Below are positions 28,093 to 36,268 of a DNA stretch of 52,466 nucleotides, piece by piece. This DNA comes from a virus (Duplodnaviria; Caudoviricetes). The DNA lies in IMG/VR virus record IMGVR_UViG_3300021976_000020, positions 1 to 52,466 of that record, one strand, 5' to 3'. Made by a program: the position numbers and the translations under genes. Each line of letters starts with the position of its first letter. The first letter of the stretch is position 1. The notes under the pieces were generated by a model. It saw nothing but the letters and a program-made list of their open reading frames with translations. It made no database searches and had not been told where the DNA came from.

Positions 28093-28103
28093 ACTCCACA
28101 CGG
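28093..28103 (+). promoter_or_regulatory. ACTCCACACGG motif copy
   Basis: Exact 11-mer, intergenic. Confidence 0.8.
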
Positions 28104-28188
28104 CGAATGGTCGGTGTTCCACACCTTAGGACGTCATCTTCCCGGAGTTGTAGTGCTACGCAGAAGGGGCGGCAAAACTCCTAAAGCT

Positions 28189-28313
28189 CTAGAGCTCGTG
28201 TGTAGTTTAGACTTTCGATTAGACTAGTTCTCTTATAGTTCTAACTCGATGACTTTGTGGGTTAAACCCCTTAGTGCGGCTTGAGGATCTTGCGTTTCTA
28301 ACTAGAGTCTAGC
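28189..28313 (+). repeat. dispersed element, copy B
   Basis: Aligns with 6876-6970 and the reverse complement of 40155-40279. Confidence 0.85.
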
Positions 28314-28324
28314 TGATGACCTCC

Positions 28325-28690
28325 CTATTCGTCCTCGCTGTGGCTCTTGTCGCTTCCACCCTTGTTAGCATAAGCCTCAGCTTGAGAACTGATCTCCTTC
28401 ACGACCTTGTCGAACAGATCGCTCCAAGGCTCCTTGCCATCATCGCTCTTGCCCTCGCCAGCCTCAACACCAGCGCGGCTCAGGATCTCAGTCGATGCGC
28501 GAAGCCGTACGGTCTCCGAAGTAGCGAACCGCGCAAGGTTCACGAGCTGCATGGCAGCCATAGGGGAGGCTTCCTCTATGATGGAGCGGGCTTGCTGCAC
28601 GGACGTCTGACCGGTCAGTAGTGTACGATCCATCTTCAGGGCCTCGAGATCGGCGTTGCTCACGCCGAACTCGTCATCTGATGCTTCCAT
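28325..28690 (-). CDS. probable terminase small subunit
   Basis: A..QLVNLA...SETVRLRASTEILSRAG helical motif; first gene of late operon. Confidence 0.55.
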   Translation of the reverse strand: MEASDDEFGVSNADLEALKMDRTLLTGQTSVQQARSIIEEASPMAAMQLVNLARFATSETVRLRASTEILSRAGVEAGEGKSDDGKEPWSDLFDKVVKEISSQAEAYANKGGSDKSHSEDE

Positions 28691-28712
28691 AATATCACCC
28701 CCTTCCGTACCT

Positions 28713-28745
28713 CTAGTATATATTAGTCACTTTGGAAAATCACGG
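28713..28745 (-). promoter_or_regulatory. putative late promoter CCGTGATTT-N6-GTGACTA-N-TATATACT
   Basis: Matches 23979-24011. Confidence 0.7.
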
Positions 28746-28770
28746 TCACGTAGTTAACCTTAGTCCGAAG

Positions 28771-28844
28771 TGGTTGCTTGCTAGTTTCCATACCACCACT
28801 TGTTATGTTTAACTAGGTCCCAAATGGTTGCTTGCTAGTTTCCA
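28771..28844 (+). repeat. 20-bp direct repeat TGGTTGCTTGCTAGTTTCCA x2 (28771-28790, 28825-28844)
   Basis: Exact duplicate between divergent promoters. Confidence 0.9.
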
Positions 28845-28860
28845 GTACCCCGTAGCGGGG

Positions 28861-28889
28861 TTTACATTATCAGGATCTTGCATTATAAT
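28861..28889 (+). promoter_or_regulatory. sigma70-type promoter
   Basis: TTTACA-N17-TATAAT. Confidence 0.75.
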
Positions 28890-28937
28890 ATAGTTAGAAG
28901 CAAAACAGCTTCCACCTTCCACGAAAGGATCAGGATC

Positions 28938-29306
28938 ATGACAACCACCGAGATCAACACCACCCCCGAGAACGAGATCGAGATCGACACCACCCTCGTG
29001 GACACCCCCGAGGTCGAGGACACCGAGGAGGAAGTCACCGAGGTTCCGGAGCCGATCACCCTGGATGAGCTGATCGCCACCCTCGTCCAGACGATGGGGG
29101 ACGAGATCACCGCGTACGGCCTCCACTCCCTGATCAACCACACGTTCAAGGCGTTCGGGGTGGACCGGGAGATCCCCCCGCAGATGATGTACAACTACGC
29201 CCGGCAGGGTATGATCGTGAAGGGCCACAAGGGTACCCGCAAGTACACCCAGGAGGAGGCGTACACGTTCGTCCTCAAGTACACCGCGAAGAGGATCACC
29301 AAGTAG
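28938..29306 (+). CDS. putative DNA-binding protein with acidic N-terminal tail
   Basis: ITAYGLHSLI...IPPQMMYNYARQG HTH-like; own promoter and terminator. Confidence 0.7.
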   Translation: MTTTEINTTPENEIEIDTTLVDTPEVEDTEEEVTEVPEPITLDELIATLVQTMGDEITAYGLHSLINHTFKAFGVDREIPPQMMYNYARQGMIVKGHKGTRKYTQEEAYTFVLKYTAKRITK

Positions 29307-29321
29307 ATCCCAGATGAGGGT

Positions 29322-29346
29322 AGAGGGGCCCGGCAGGGGCCCCTCT
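29322..29346 (+). terminator. hairpin terminator
   Basis: AGAGGGGCCC / GGGCCCCTCT inverted repeat. Confidence 0.7.
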
Positions 29347-29399
29347 CCTTCCTAGTCCTAAGGGTATAGTACCCTTAGACCTAGGTTGGGGAGGGTACC

Positions 29400-29534
29400 A
29401 TGATAAGGTTACTGAAAGAGGCCGTGAAGGACCTCTGGGATCCAGGAGTCCAGAATATGCTCATGTGCGGGATTCTGTTCGGGATCCTGCTGGTCGCGTA
29501 CTCCGGGGACTGCACGAACTGCTACGTCGGATAG
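29400..29534 (+). CDS. small membrane protein
   Basis: GGAGG RBS; MIRLLKEAVKDLWDPGVQNMLMCGILFGILLVAYSGDCTNCYVG. Confidence 0.55.
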   Translation: MIRLLKEAVKDLWDPGVQNMLMCGILFGILLVAYSGDCTNCYVG

Positions 29535-29550
29535 GGGGGGGGGTAGGAAA

Positions 29551-29715
29551 ATGGACCGTCCGGAACTGTACATGTATCTGGGTGAGTACATCCAGATGGA
29601 GTCGGCCACCTTTACCAGGCCGACTGCGGAAGGGTTCGTGGTCTACATGTGGACGATCCGGGAAGTCGTGATCGATCCTGTGACCGCGTACCAGATGTTC
29701 GGGAAGGAGGAGTAG
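29551..29715 (+). CDS. hypothetical protein
   Basis: MDRPELYMYLGEYIQ...GKEE; phage-like codon usage. Confidence 0.55.
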   Translation: MDRPELYMYLGEYIQMESATFTRPTAEGFVVYMWTIREVVIDPVTAYQMFGKEE

Positions 29716-29787
29716 GGTAGGACCACGGGGACGGGCTTCGAAGAAGGGCTCCACATGGGTCGATCGGAGAGGACGGGAGTCTGGTGA

Positions 29788-29841
29788 AAGGAGTCGGTCC
29801 TGGACCGAAGAAGTCGGTCCCGATTCGAAAGGAGTCGGACC
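29788..29841 (+). repeat. three AAGRAGTCGGWCC direct repeats, 20-21 bp period
   Basis: 29788-29800, 29808-29820, 29829-29841; upstream of AT-rich tract. Confidence 0.7.
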
Positions 29842-30200
29842 CAAAAGTCGCATCAGCACTCGCTGGGAGTGCCTCGGCGGGCGCACGGGTCCTAGAGTCC
29901 GATATCGGTCGTGAATTCGGGATAGTCGGACTAAGTTGGAAATAGCGCCTTCTTTTGGCAATCGAACTCCCAACTCCTGATTATTAAGGGGCAGTGTTAT
30001 CATCGGGTGGAAGCGTGAAACAACTAAAACCGTATAAAACACGCTACATACCTATATATACACATCATAAGAATAATACTACTACGTATAGTTAATGGTG
30101 AAATTTAGAACCTGTCAAGCACCGATCTATGGTCTACCCAGATGCGCTCTGTGCAGAGGGATCCACGATCCTTGTGCAGAAAGCGTACCAAAAATACCCG

Positions 30201-30230
30201 TTGCGTTCAACGAGAGGTCTATGATATAAT
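30201..30230 (+). promoter_or_regulatory. sigma70-type promoter
   Basis: TTGCGT-N18-TATAAT. Confidence 0.6.
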
Positions 30231-30297
30231 AGAACTATATAGATCCTTAATCTTACAAAGGGTCGCGTAAATCCAACGAAGGTGAGGCACACAGATC

Positions 30298-30792
30298 ATG
30301 CCACTCACAAGAGCTCAGTGCACAGTTTTAGACCCACAACGCTTAGGAGATGTGCGTGTTGTGGAGATTGAATTCCTGGAGGGAGACGGACAGTTCGACG
30401 AGTGGCTAGCCCATCCTGTCGCACGTCAACGTCAACTGTTCCCTAGCGAGTTCGTCAAGGCCAATGGCGTCGTGATGTACCAGCGTGAGTCAGGTCGACC
30501 CGAGGTCTATCACTTCGAATTTGTCAGCTTCGAGGAGGCCAGAGGGTGGTTCGAGCACATCAACGCCCTGACCTCAACAGGTCACACGAAGGGTCGAAGG
30601 GCGACGGCTGTACAGCCGCGCCGGACCTGGAGAGAGATGCAAGGTAAGGACAGGCAGTGGAAGAGGTCGGCACCGATCGAACGTCTAGGTCCCCCACAGT
30701 CTCAGGCAGAAAAATTGAAGCTGGGCCGAATTGTGTCGCACGAAGAGTTCTATGGACCTGGGTATGCAAAAGATCTTGAAGAGAACCTCTAG
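30298..30792 (+). CDS. hypothetical protein
   Basis: Downstream of promoter, GAGG RBS. Confidence 0.7.
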   Translation: MPLTRAQCTVLDPQRLGDVRVVEIEFLEGDGQFDEWLAHPVARQRQLFPSEFVKANGVVMYQRESGRPEVYHFEFVSFEEARGWFEHINALTSTGHTKGRRATAVQPRRTWREMQGKDRQWKRSAPIERLGPPQSQAEKLKLGRIVSHEEFYGPGYAKDLEENL

Positions 30793-30823
30793 AAAAGTCC
30801 TAGGGCACCTGAGATATAATTAA
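30768..30823 (+). promoter_or_regulatory. promoter with upstream AAAAGATCTTG box and TATAATTAA
   Basis: Architecture shared with 33350 and 38073. Confidence 0.6.
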
Positions 30824-30858
30824 TCGATCGACAAAATCTAGGCACTCGGAGGTAAGTA

Positions 30859-31215
30859 ATGGCAACAGGCCGTAAGAGCCAGGCACAGAGACTTAAAGAG
30901 GCCTCCGAGGCCCTTAGAGCGAGTCGCAAGGTAGAGCGGCGTGCCGCTGATGTGGTTCGCCTTACCAAACTCCAGAAGGACATTGGGCCGCCTAGTAAGA
31001 GGCGAGTCAAGAACATGGCTGGGAAGGCTGCGCCGAGTTGGCACTTGGCAGCCGTACAAGGAGTGCCTGGTGGGAATGGCAAAACCGCGATCTCACGAGC
31101 CAAGATGATCTGGGCACCGTACACAGGTTGCAGGGTCGCGAGTGCGCCGGTTGAGGTTCGCCTTACCAGATCAGCACAAAACTCTAACACCACGACGTTC
31201 AGGAGCGGAAGGTAA
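30859..31215 (+). CDS. basic hypothetical protein
   Basis: GGAGGT RBS; Arg/Lys-rich. Confidence 0.65.
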   Translation: MATGRKSQAQRLKEASEALRASRKVERRAADVVRLTKLQKDIGPPSKRRVKNMAGKAAPSWHLAAVQGVPGGNGKTAISRAKMIWAPYTGCRVASAPVEVRLTRSAQNSNTTTFRSGR

Positions 31216-31361
31216 TGTACAAGTGCAAGTGGTGCTCGGAGGAGTTCGAGACCGACATCCAACGGAGCGTTCACCACGTGCTGCACCTTCAACTGAAGGA
31301 CGTGGAAATGGTGAGGCTGGAAGGGATCGAGGAGTACGATCTCGAGGCGCTAGACTTCTGA
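31215..31361 (+). CDS. C2H2 zinc-finger miniprotein
   Basis: MYKCKWCSEEFETDIQRSVHHVLH = Y-x-C-x2-C-x3-F-x8-H-x3-H. Confidence 0.65.
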   Translation: MYKCKWCSEEFETDIQRSVHHVLHLQLKDVEMVRLEGIEEYDLEALDF

Positions 31362-31371
31362 GGAGGAGAAC

Positions 31372-31767
31372 ATGTACGACGACCGGATCACCAAGAAAGC
31401 ACGCGGCACCGACCACATCAAGTTCACCTGCAAGAACCACCCTAACCTGGAGTGGTCAACCAAGAACATCTCGCCATTCGGCTCGCGCTCGATCTTCTTC
31501 AACGGTGAGGAGGGGCGCAGCAAGATGAGCGCGCAGGACTTCTACCCGACGTTCAAGCAGGCCATGCAGATGCTGATGGACGGGAAGCTTCTCGACCGCA
31601 AGGACCCGAAAGCCGAGGCGATCGCACAGTTCAACACGGACACCGTTGCTGAGTTGGCTGCGAGGTACGTGAAGCTGGAAGAGGAGTTCGTGTTCGAGTG
31701 TGCCTGCACCGGCGGTGAGCTGATCCTGCACCCGAAGTACAAGGACATGCCAAACGTGGAGGCCTGA
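31372..31767 (+). CDS. hypothetical protein
   Basis: GAGGAG RBS; CKNHP...CAC motifs. Confidence 0.75.
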   Translation: MYDDRITKKARGTDHIKFTCKNHPNLEWSTKNISPFGSRSIFFNGEEGRSKMSAQDFYPTFKQAMQMLMDGKLLDRKDPKAEAIAQFNTDTVAELAARYVKLEEEFVFECACTGGELILHPKYKDMPNVEA

Positions 31768-32081
31768 TGAAGACGATGCTGACTGAGCACCAGGTGAAAC
31801 TACTAGTACGTGCGGTGTACGAGTGGTGCCAAGCGAACAGCTCAAGGACCGAGGACGTCGAGGAGCTGGAGGGCATCGAGTTCCACGAAGAAGATGATGA
31901 TGTGCGGATCCGCACAGCGCTCGTAACGGCCCTAGTGGCGAAGTTGGGCGGCGGACCGATCATTATCTCCCGTGGAGAGGTGGAAGCCGTGGAAGATGTC
32001 GCCTTTAGATACGTTGTGGTAGGAGACGAGCACCTGGTGTTGGAGACGTGGAACGTAAAGGAGCACAGTGAAGGCATCTGA
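31767..32081 (+). CDS. hypothetical protein
   Basis: TGATG-coupled. Confidence 0.7.
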   Translation: MKTMLTEHQVKLLVRAVYEWCQANSSRTEDVEELEGIEFHEEDDDVRIRTALVTALVAKLGGGPIIISRGEVEAVEDVAFRYVVVGDEHLVLETWNVKEHSEGI

Positions 32082-32361
32082 GCTGGTTGCGAAACTGGAA
32101 GCTCTGGCCAAGGTGTACGGAGACCTAGATGTGCTGGTCTTCGACGGCCATGATGAGCGCGTGCCTAAGCTGGAGTACAACACCGACATGGAGGACCCTG
32201 TCTTCTTGATCACGCTCGAAGAGAGTCCGATGAAGCTGGTCTGCAACTTCCTCGGCTGCTTCCGGCGGCTTGAGCAGAGGGTTGTGGCCCAGGTGCGATT
32301 TGAGGAAGACTGTGGAACTACGTCGTACAAGCTGGAGGAGTGCGGCCACTGGGTCATGTGA
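32068..32361 (+). CDS. hypothetical protein
   Basis: AAGGAG RBS. Confidence 0.65.
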   Translation: MKASELVAKLEALAKVYGDLDVLVFDGHDERVPKLEYNTDMEDPVFLITLEESPMKLVCNFLGCFRRLEQRVVAQVRFEEDCGTTSYKLEECGHWVM

Positions 32362-32421
32362 ACTCGGTTGAATTGCGATTCGTACACAGTGAAACACAGC
32401 CCACGAAGGGAGGTGATTACA

Positions 32422-32445
32422 ATGCGTGGTTGGGACTGGAGCTGA
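32422..32445 (+). CDS. 7-aa micro-ORF MRGWDWS
   Basis: Strong GGGAGGTGA RBS, TGATAG double stop, within structured region. Confidence 0.4.
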   Translation: MRGWDWS

Positions 32446-32502
32446 TAGCTCCGTGAGAAGGTAGTATCAGTCACAGGGCTGTGTTGACGAGCTACACAGC
32501 GC

Positions 32503-32513
32503 CCGTGTGGAGT
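32503..32513 (-). promoter_or_regulatory. ACTCCACACGG motif copy
   Basis: Exact, intergenic. Confidence 0.8.
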
Positions 32514-32560
32514 TCTGTGGCTGGTACTATTGGCTTACGATCTTGTAAGGAGGAGTAGCC

Positions 32561-32788
32561 GTGATACACAAGAATAGGACAGGCGTAGCAATCGTAGACT
32601 ACATGTGCCGTGAGGGTGATCGTGACACACATGTCGTGATCACCATCGAGGACTCCGGGATCGTGTGTCACTGCGATGACCCGAACTGCGCACACAAGGT
32701 GCAGTGTGACAGGAGTTGTGAGAAGCCGTCCGTTAAAGGTCGGCACAGGCAAAAGTCGTACACCTCGATCGAGGAGATGGGGTACTGA
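32561..32788 (+). CDS. Cys-rich hypothetical protein
   Basis: AGGAGGAG RBS. Confidence 0.65.
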   Translation: MIHKNRTGVAIVDYMCREGDRDTHVVITIEDSGIVCHCDDPNCAHKVQCDRSCEKPSVKGRHRQKSYTSIEEMGY

Positions 32789-32934
32789 TGGCAGACTGTT
32801 CGAGGTGTGGGGAGCCGGGCGCAACCATTCCTGACCCTTGCTGCGGCGCCCCTGATTGCGACGGCCTGACCAATGTGTCGCATCTCGAGTGCATGCCCCT
32901 CGCACTACAACGGATCGAGATGGAGGAGGACTGA
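32788..32934 (+). CDS. small Cys-rich protein
   Basis: MADCSRCGEPGATIPDPCCGAPDCDG...HLEC; coupled both sides. Confidence 0.6.
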   Translation: MADCSRCGEPGATIPDPCCGAPDCDGLTNVSHLECMPLALQRIEMEED

Positions 32935-33344
32935 TGAACCTGAAGGAACGGAACAAGAAGCTCTTCGACCAGTTCACTATCGACGGTACGATAACCTGGG
33001 AGGAGTACTACTGGTTGAGGTTCGAGCCGACGGAGGAGAACGTCGCAGTCCTGGAGATCCTGAGCTGGGAAGTCTGCGTCGCACTGTTCGACAAAAGCAT
33101 CTGGCCGAACGCCGGGATCTACATGGACTACCACTCGCACGTGTACGGCGGGTGCGGGCACCGAGGCCTGTGTACCTGGAGCGTAGACCACGCGCTGGGG
33201 ACGCCGTGCCAGGCGTACGAGCACTGGGACAAGACCGACAAGTGCTGGGACTGTTCTATTAAGGGAAACTGTCACTGGTGTAACGCAGACACGGACAACA
33301 AGTACGGCCTGTGCGGAGCCTGCAAGAAGTTCCCGCCCAGGTAG
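32934..33344 (+). CDS. Cys/His-rich hypothetical protein
   Basis: GGAGGAGG RBS; multiple CxxC. Confidence 0.7.
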   Translation: MNLKERNKKLFDQFTIDGTITWEEYYWLRFEPTEENVAVLEILSWEVCVALFDKSIWPNAGIYMDYHSHVYGGCGHRGLCTWSVDHALGTPCQAYEHWDKTDKCWDCSIKGNCHWCNADTDNKYGLCGACKKFPPR

Positions 33345-33349
33345 TAGGA

Positions 33350-33404
33350 AAAAGATCTTGCGAGGAACCACTTGAATGGTCCTTGAGGTTCCAAGTATAA
33401 TTAA
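33350..33404 (+). promoter_or_regulatory. promoter TTGAAT-N18-TATAAT with AAAAGATCTTG box
   Basis: Consensus-like hexamers. Confidence 0.7.
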
Positions 33405-33439
33405 GTTAACAGCAAAAGCTGCAGAGGGGAGGGGTTCGA

Positions 33440-33637
33440 ATGCCGTGCGAACACACGCTGTGCAACGAGGCGACAAAGCCAGGTATGACCGCCGAGGAAG
33501 TACAGCAGATTATCGACTGCCTTGTCGAACAAGGTACGCTGGTGGATTGCGGTAACGGAAGGTACGCCGTCAACGACGAGAAGTACCGGGCGTACGGAGA
33601 CACCAAGAACTACTACAGGATCTCCGACGGTACGTAG
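33440..33637 (+). CDS. hypothetical protein
   Basis: GGAGG RBS after promoter. Confidence 0.6.
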   Translation: MPCEHTLCNEATKPGMTAEEVQQIIDCLVEQGTLVDCGNGRYAVNDEKYRAYGDTKNYYRISDGT

Positions 33638-33659
33638 CAACAAGGCCCGAAAGGGCTGC

Positions 33660-33740
33660 GCCCCTGAAGCTCAGTGGTAGAGCACCTCCAAGCTATGAAC
33701 GCGGAAGAGGAAGGTACAGGTTCGACACCTGTCAGGGGCA
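33660..33740 (+). ncRNA. tRNA-like RNA 1 (enlarged anticodon domain)
   Basis: Acceptor GCCCCTG/CAGGGGC, D arm GCTC-AGTGGTA-GAGC, T arm ACAGG-TTCGACA-CCTGT; CCTC/GAGG stem encloses 18 nt. Confidence 0.8.
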
Positions 33741-33767
33741 CGTAAACATTGATCCTGGAGGAAGGTC

Positions 33768-34109
33768 ATGCCGGACAAGTACAGTAACGACAAGGGTCAC
33801 TACTCCGAGGGAGGGAACATGTTCGACCTGGACAAGCTGGCCGACATGTTGAACGACGCGATCAACAACCCGGAGTCCTCCGAGGTCAAGCTAATCAAGA
33901 TCAACTCGGAGCTAGATGCTGCCGCTGCACATGCAGTGCTGAAAGGACAAGGCTACTTCCGCAATATCACTGCCCAAGGGATCTCCGAGCTGGAGGAGAG
34001 GCAGCCAAACCATCCCATACCGCGACTGTTCTGGACCACTCGGAGCCTAATGACTGCTCAGGTCTACGGGCTCGCGGCCAGCAAGTTGGCCTACTGGAAC
34101 AAAATCTAG
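33768..34109 (+). CDS. hypothetical protein
   Basis: GGAGG RBS. Confidence 0.7.
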   Translation: MPDKYSNDKGHYSEGGNMFDLDKLADMLNDAINNPESSEVKLIKINSELDAAAAHAVLKGQGYFRNITAQGISELEERQPNHPIPRLFWTTRSLMTAQVYGLAASKLAYWNKI

Positions 34110-34121
34110 GGGAGGAACACA

Positions 34122-34412
34122 ATGCCAGGACCGAACTCGAAGCCATCTGCCAAGACCAAGAGCGGTGCAACCGTGAACGGGAAGTCGAAGCTGAAGCACC
34201 TGAAGCTGAAGAGCGGAGAGAACCTGTACCGGGACAGCAAGGGCCGTACCCGAGAGGACGTAGTACTGACTCGGGAGTTCCAGGAGCATCAGGAGCGCGT
34301 TGGGCGTCTTTTTCCGAAGCAGCGGACCGAAATCGAGGGTCCCGTCGCCGATGACATCATCGTCTCCGAGGCCGAAGCGTTCCACGAGAAGCTGGAGGAC
34401 CAGTCCGCATGA
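34122..34412 (+). CDS. hypothetical protein
   Basis: GGAGG RBS. Confidence 0.7.
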   Translation: MPGPNSKPSAKTKSGATVNGKSKLKHLKLKSGENLYRDSKGRTREDVVLTREFQEHQERVGRLFPKQRTEIEGPVADDIIVSEAEAFHEKLEDQSA

Positions 34413-34597
34413 AGATCGACACGAAAGAGAAGTACGAGGCCAAGCACCGTCGGATCGTGCACAAGAACCGCAACAGGGTTCGCAACGCTGACGTGAAGGG
34501 CGACAACGGTACGCTGACAGCCATGGAACCGAAGCACCACTTGCGGTTCCAGAGCATCTTCGATATCTTCCCACCCCTGAGGAAGACCACAGTCTGA
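34409..34597 (+). CDS. basic hypothetical protein
   Basis: ATGA-coupled. Confidence 0.6.
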   Translation: MKIDTKEKYEAKHRRIVHKNRNRVRNADVKGDNGTLTAMEPKHHLRFQSIFDIFPPLRKTTV

Positions 34598-34610
34598 CGA
34601 CTGCGCACTT

Positions 34611-34703
34611 CTGCATGTGGCCTGATAGCTAGGTAAGGACCCGAGTTAGCCCGTCGAGCTAGTTGGTCGGGACCCGCAAGCTGACTCGAGTCGCCACATG
34701 CAG
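34611..34703 (+). ncRNA. candidate structured RNA with pseudoknot potential
   Basis: Closing stem CTGCATGTGGC/GCCACATGCAG; internal TAGCTAG/CTAGTTG and CGAGTTAGC/GCTGACTCG pairings cross. Confidence 0.45.
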
Positions 34704-34731
34704 GACTCGGAATCGTTAGGAGGTGATAAAC

Positions 34732-35475
34732 ATGGGTCATTATGGGGACTCAGAGGACATCCGGACGAATGAGGAGATCTCGGACGACGAGGAAGCGTAC
34801 GAAGGTAGAAGCTGGGATCTTATGCTAGCCGAGTTAGCGGGGTACGTCAGTCCGATTGGAGATGGTCCACGAGGACCTTCGTCACACCTTCATGACTATG
34901 CCGAGGTCGACGTCCGCAACACCATCGCGTTTCAAGAGAACCTGAGGGTACATCGAAATCCGACAGTCCAAGACTGGTACGAGATCGAGAAAGCTCGGCA
35001 GCGTGAGCGTGAGGACGCGCACCGCAGGGTGATCGCCGAGCGCATCTCTACGACCTCGCAACAGAGGATCAATGCACAACTGGCAGACAAGAGGGGAAGG
35101 GACAGACAAGTGAACATCGAGTCGGAGATCCGATCGCAGCGCCGACACCTGGCGCGGCTGGAGGAGCTCAAGGAGAGGCACGAGGCACTAGCTCCGCTAC
35201 GAGATCTGGACGCGGGGTCCGTAGTGTACTTCACCAAGGAGCTCCCCTCCAAGAGGGTCGGCGGGATCGTCAAGGAGAAGAAGACGTACCACTACGCAGC
35301 TGTTCGAAGCGGTGACGCAGATGGCGCAGCCTGGCACGTCACAGGTGCTCAGGGCAACCTGGCCTGGGTGAGCGACGACGCCTTCATCGAGATGCTGGAA
35401 GACGCCAAGCTGGTCGGGCTGGTACAGACGTACCGGTCGCTCGTTGGCGGACCTGAGGAGGTCAAGGGTGCCTGA
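34732..35475 (+). CDS. hypothetical protein with coiled coil
   Basis: AGGAGGTG RBS; KTYHYAAVR...WHVTG C-terminal domain. Confidence 0.75.
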   Translation: MGHYGDSEDIRTNEEISDDEEAYEGRSWDLMLAELAGYVSPIGDGPRGPSSHLHDYAEVDVRNTIAFQENLRVHRNPTVQDWYEIEKARQREREDAHRRVIAERISTTSQQRINAQLADKRGRDRQVNIESEIRSQRRHLARLEELKERHEALAPLRDLDAGSVVYFTKELPSKRVGGIVKEKKTYHYAAVRSGDADGAAWHVTGAQGNLAWVSDDAFIEMLEDAKLVGLVQTYRSLVGGPEEVKGA

Positions 35476-35848
35476 GAGTCGCGCGGTGACTGTAGTCATC
35501 AACACGCACATCGGTCCGGGAGAACTTCTCGAACAAGTACGTGAATCGCTCAAGAGCGACGGCTTTGTCGTCGAGAAGGTGAGGAACGCACCCGTCGAAC
35601 TGGTGGTCACGCGATCGATTCAGGTCACGTACACTTCACCGCTAGCTTCGTACGGCGGTGACACGCTCGAGCAGGCGATGGAGTACGAGCGGACGCTGGA
35701 AGGGTCTGAAGCTCTCGAGGCCCTCATCACCGCCGCAGAGGTTGAAGATGAGAACGTGCAGTACGGAGTGCACGTAACTGTCAAGAACGGAGAGGAACAC
35801 GGAAGCATTCAGGCACTCTCCGGCCCGAATCCGGTGATGTCCGACTAG
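35468..35848 (+). CDS. hypothetical protein
   Basis: Coupled ORF followed by hairpin. Confidence 0.65.
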   Translation: MPESRAVTVVINTHIGPGELLEQVRESLKSDGFVVEKVRNAPVELVVTRSIQVTYTSPLASYGGDTLEQAMEYERTLEGSEALEALITAAEVEDENVQYGVHVTVKNGEEHGSIQALSGPNPVMSD

Positions 35849-35860
35849 GAGCTGGCAGGA

Positions 35861-35891
35861 GGGTCCAGAAGCGCCCCTTACTTCTGGACCC
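35861..35891 (+). terminator. hairpin terminator
   Basis: GGGTCCAGAAG / CTTCTGGACCC. Confidence 0.7.
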
Positions 35892-35918
35892 GATGCTATC
35901 GCCTATCTGGGGAGGAAC

Positions 35919-36017
35919 ATGCAAAGGAGGAGGCTATGGCAGGGATTGTTGCTAAGTGCAATACCAGTGGTCGATGCTGTGTTCACAGTAGTCCAGTGGA
36001 CCAGGGCTCTACTGTGA
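35919..36017 (+). CDS. 32-aa hydrophobic peptide
   Basis: GGAGG RBS; MQRRRLWQGLLLSAIPVVDAVFTVVQWTRALL; GTGA-coupled to next gene. Confidence 0.45.
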   Translation: MQRRRLWQGLLLSAIPVVDAVFTVVQWTRALL

Positions 36018-36268
36018 TTCTGGGACAGCTACCTACACGATTCACGCAATTTGAAGTCTACGTCCTGAAAAAGTACGTAGACGGAAGGAATGACCTCTAC
36101 GAGAAGGTGGGGATCGCTTGGCCTAACGAGCATGCTGCAGAGCAGTTCGTCAGAGGGTTCGAACGTAGGAACGCTTGGGCGAGAGGCAAGACGAAGATCC
36201 TGGAGAAGACCACGACCTACGTAGTCCCATCGGACTATGAGGAGGGGACAAGTGCACACGCTGCGTAG
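36014..36268 (+). CDS. hypothetical protein (alternative start 35936)
   Basis: ORF track frame. Confidence 0.6.
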   Translation: MILGQLPTRFTQFEVYVLKKYVDGRNDLYEKVGIAWPNEHAAEQFVRGFERRNAWARGKTKILEKTTTYVVPSDYEEGTSAHAA

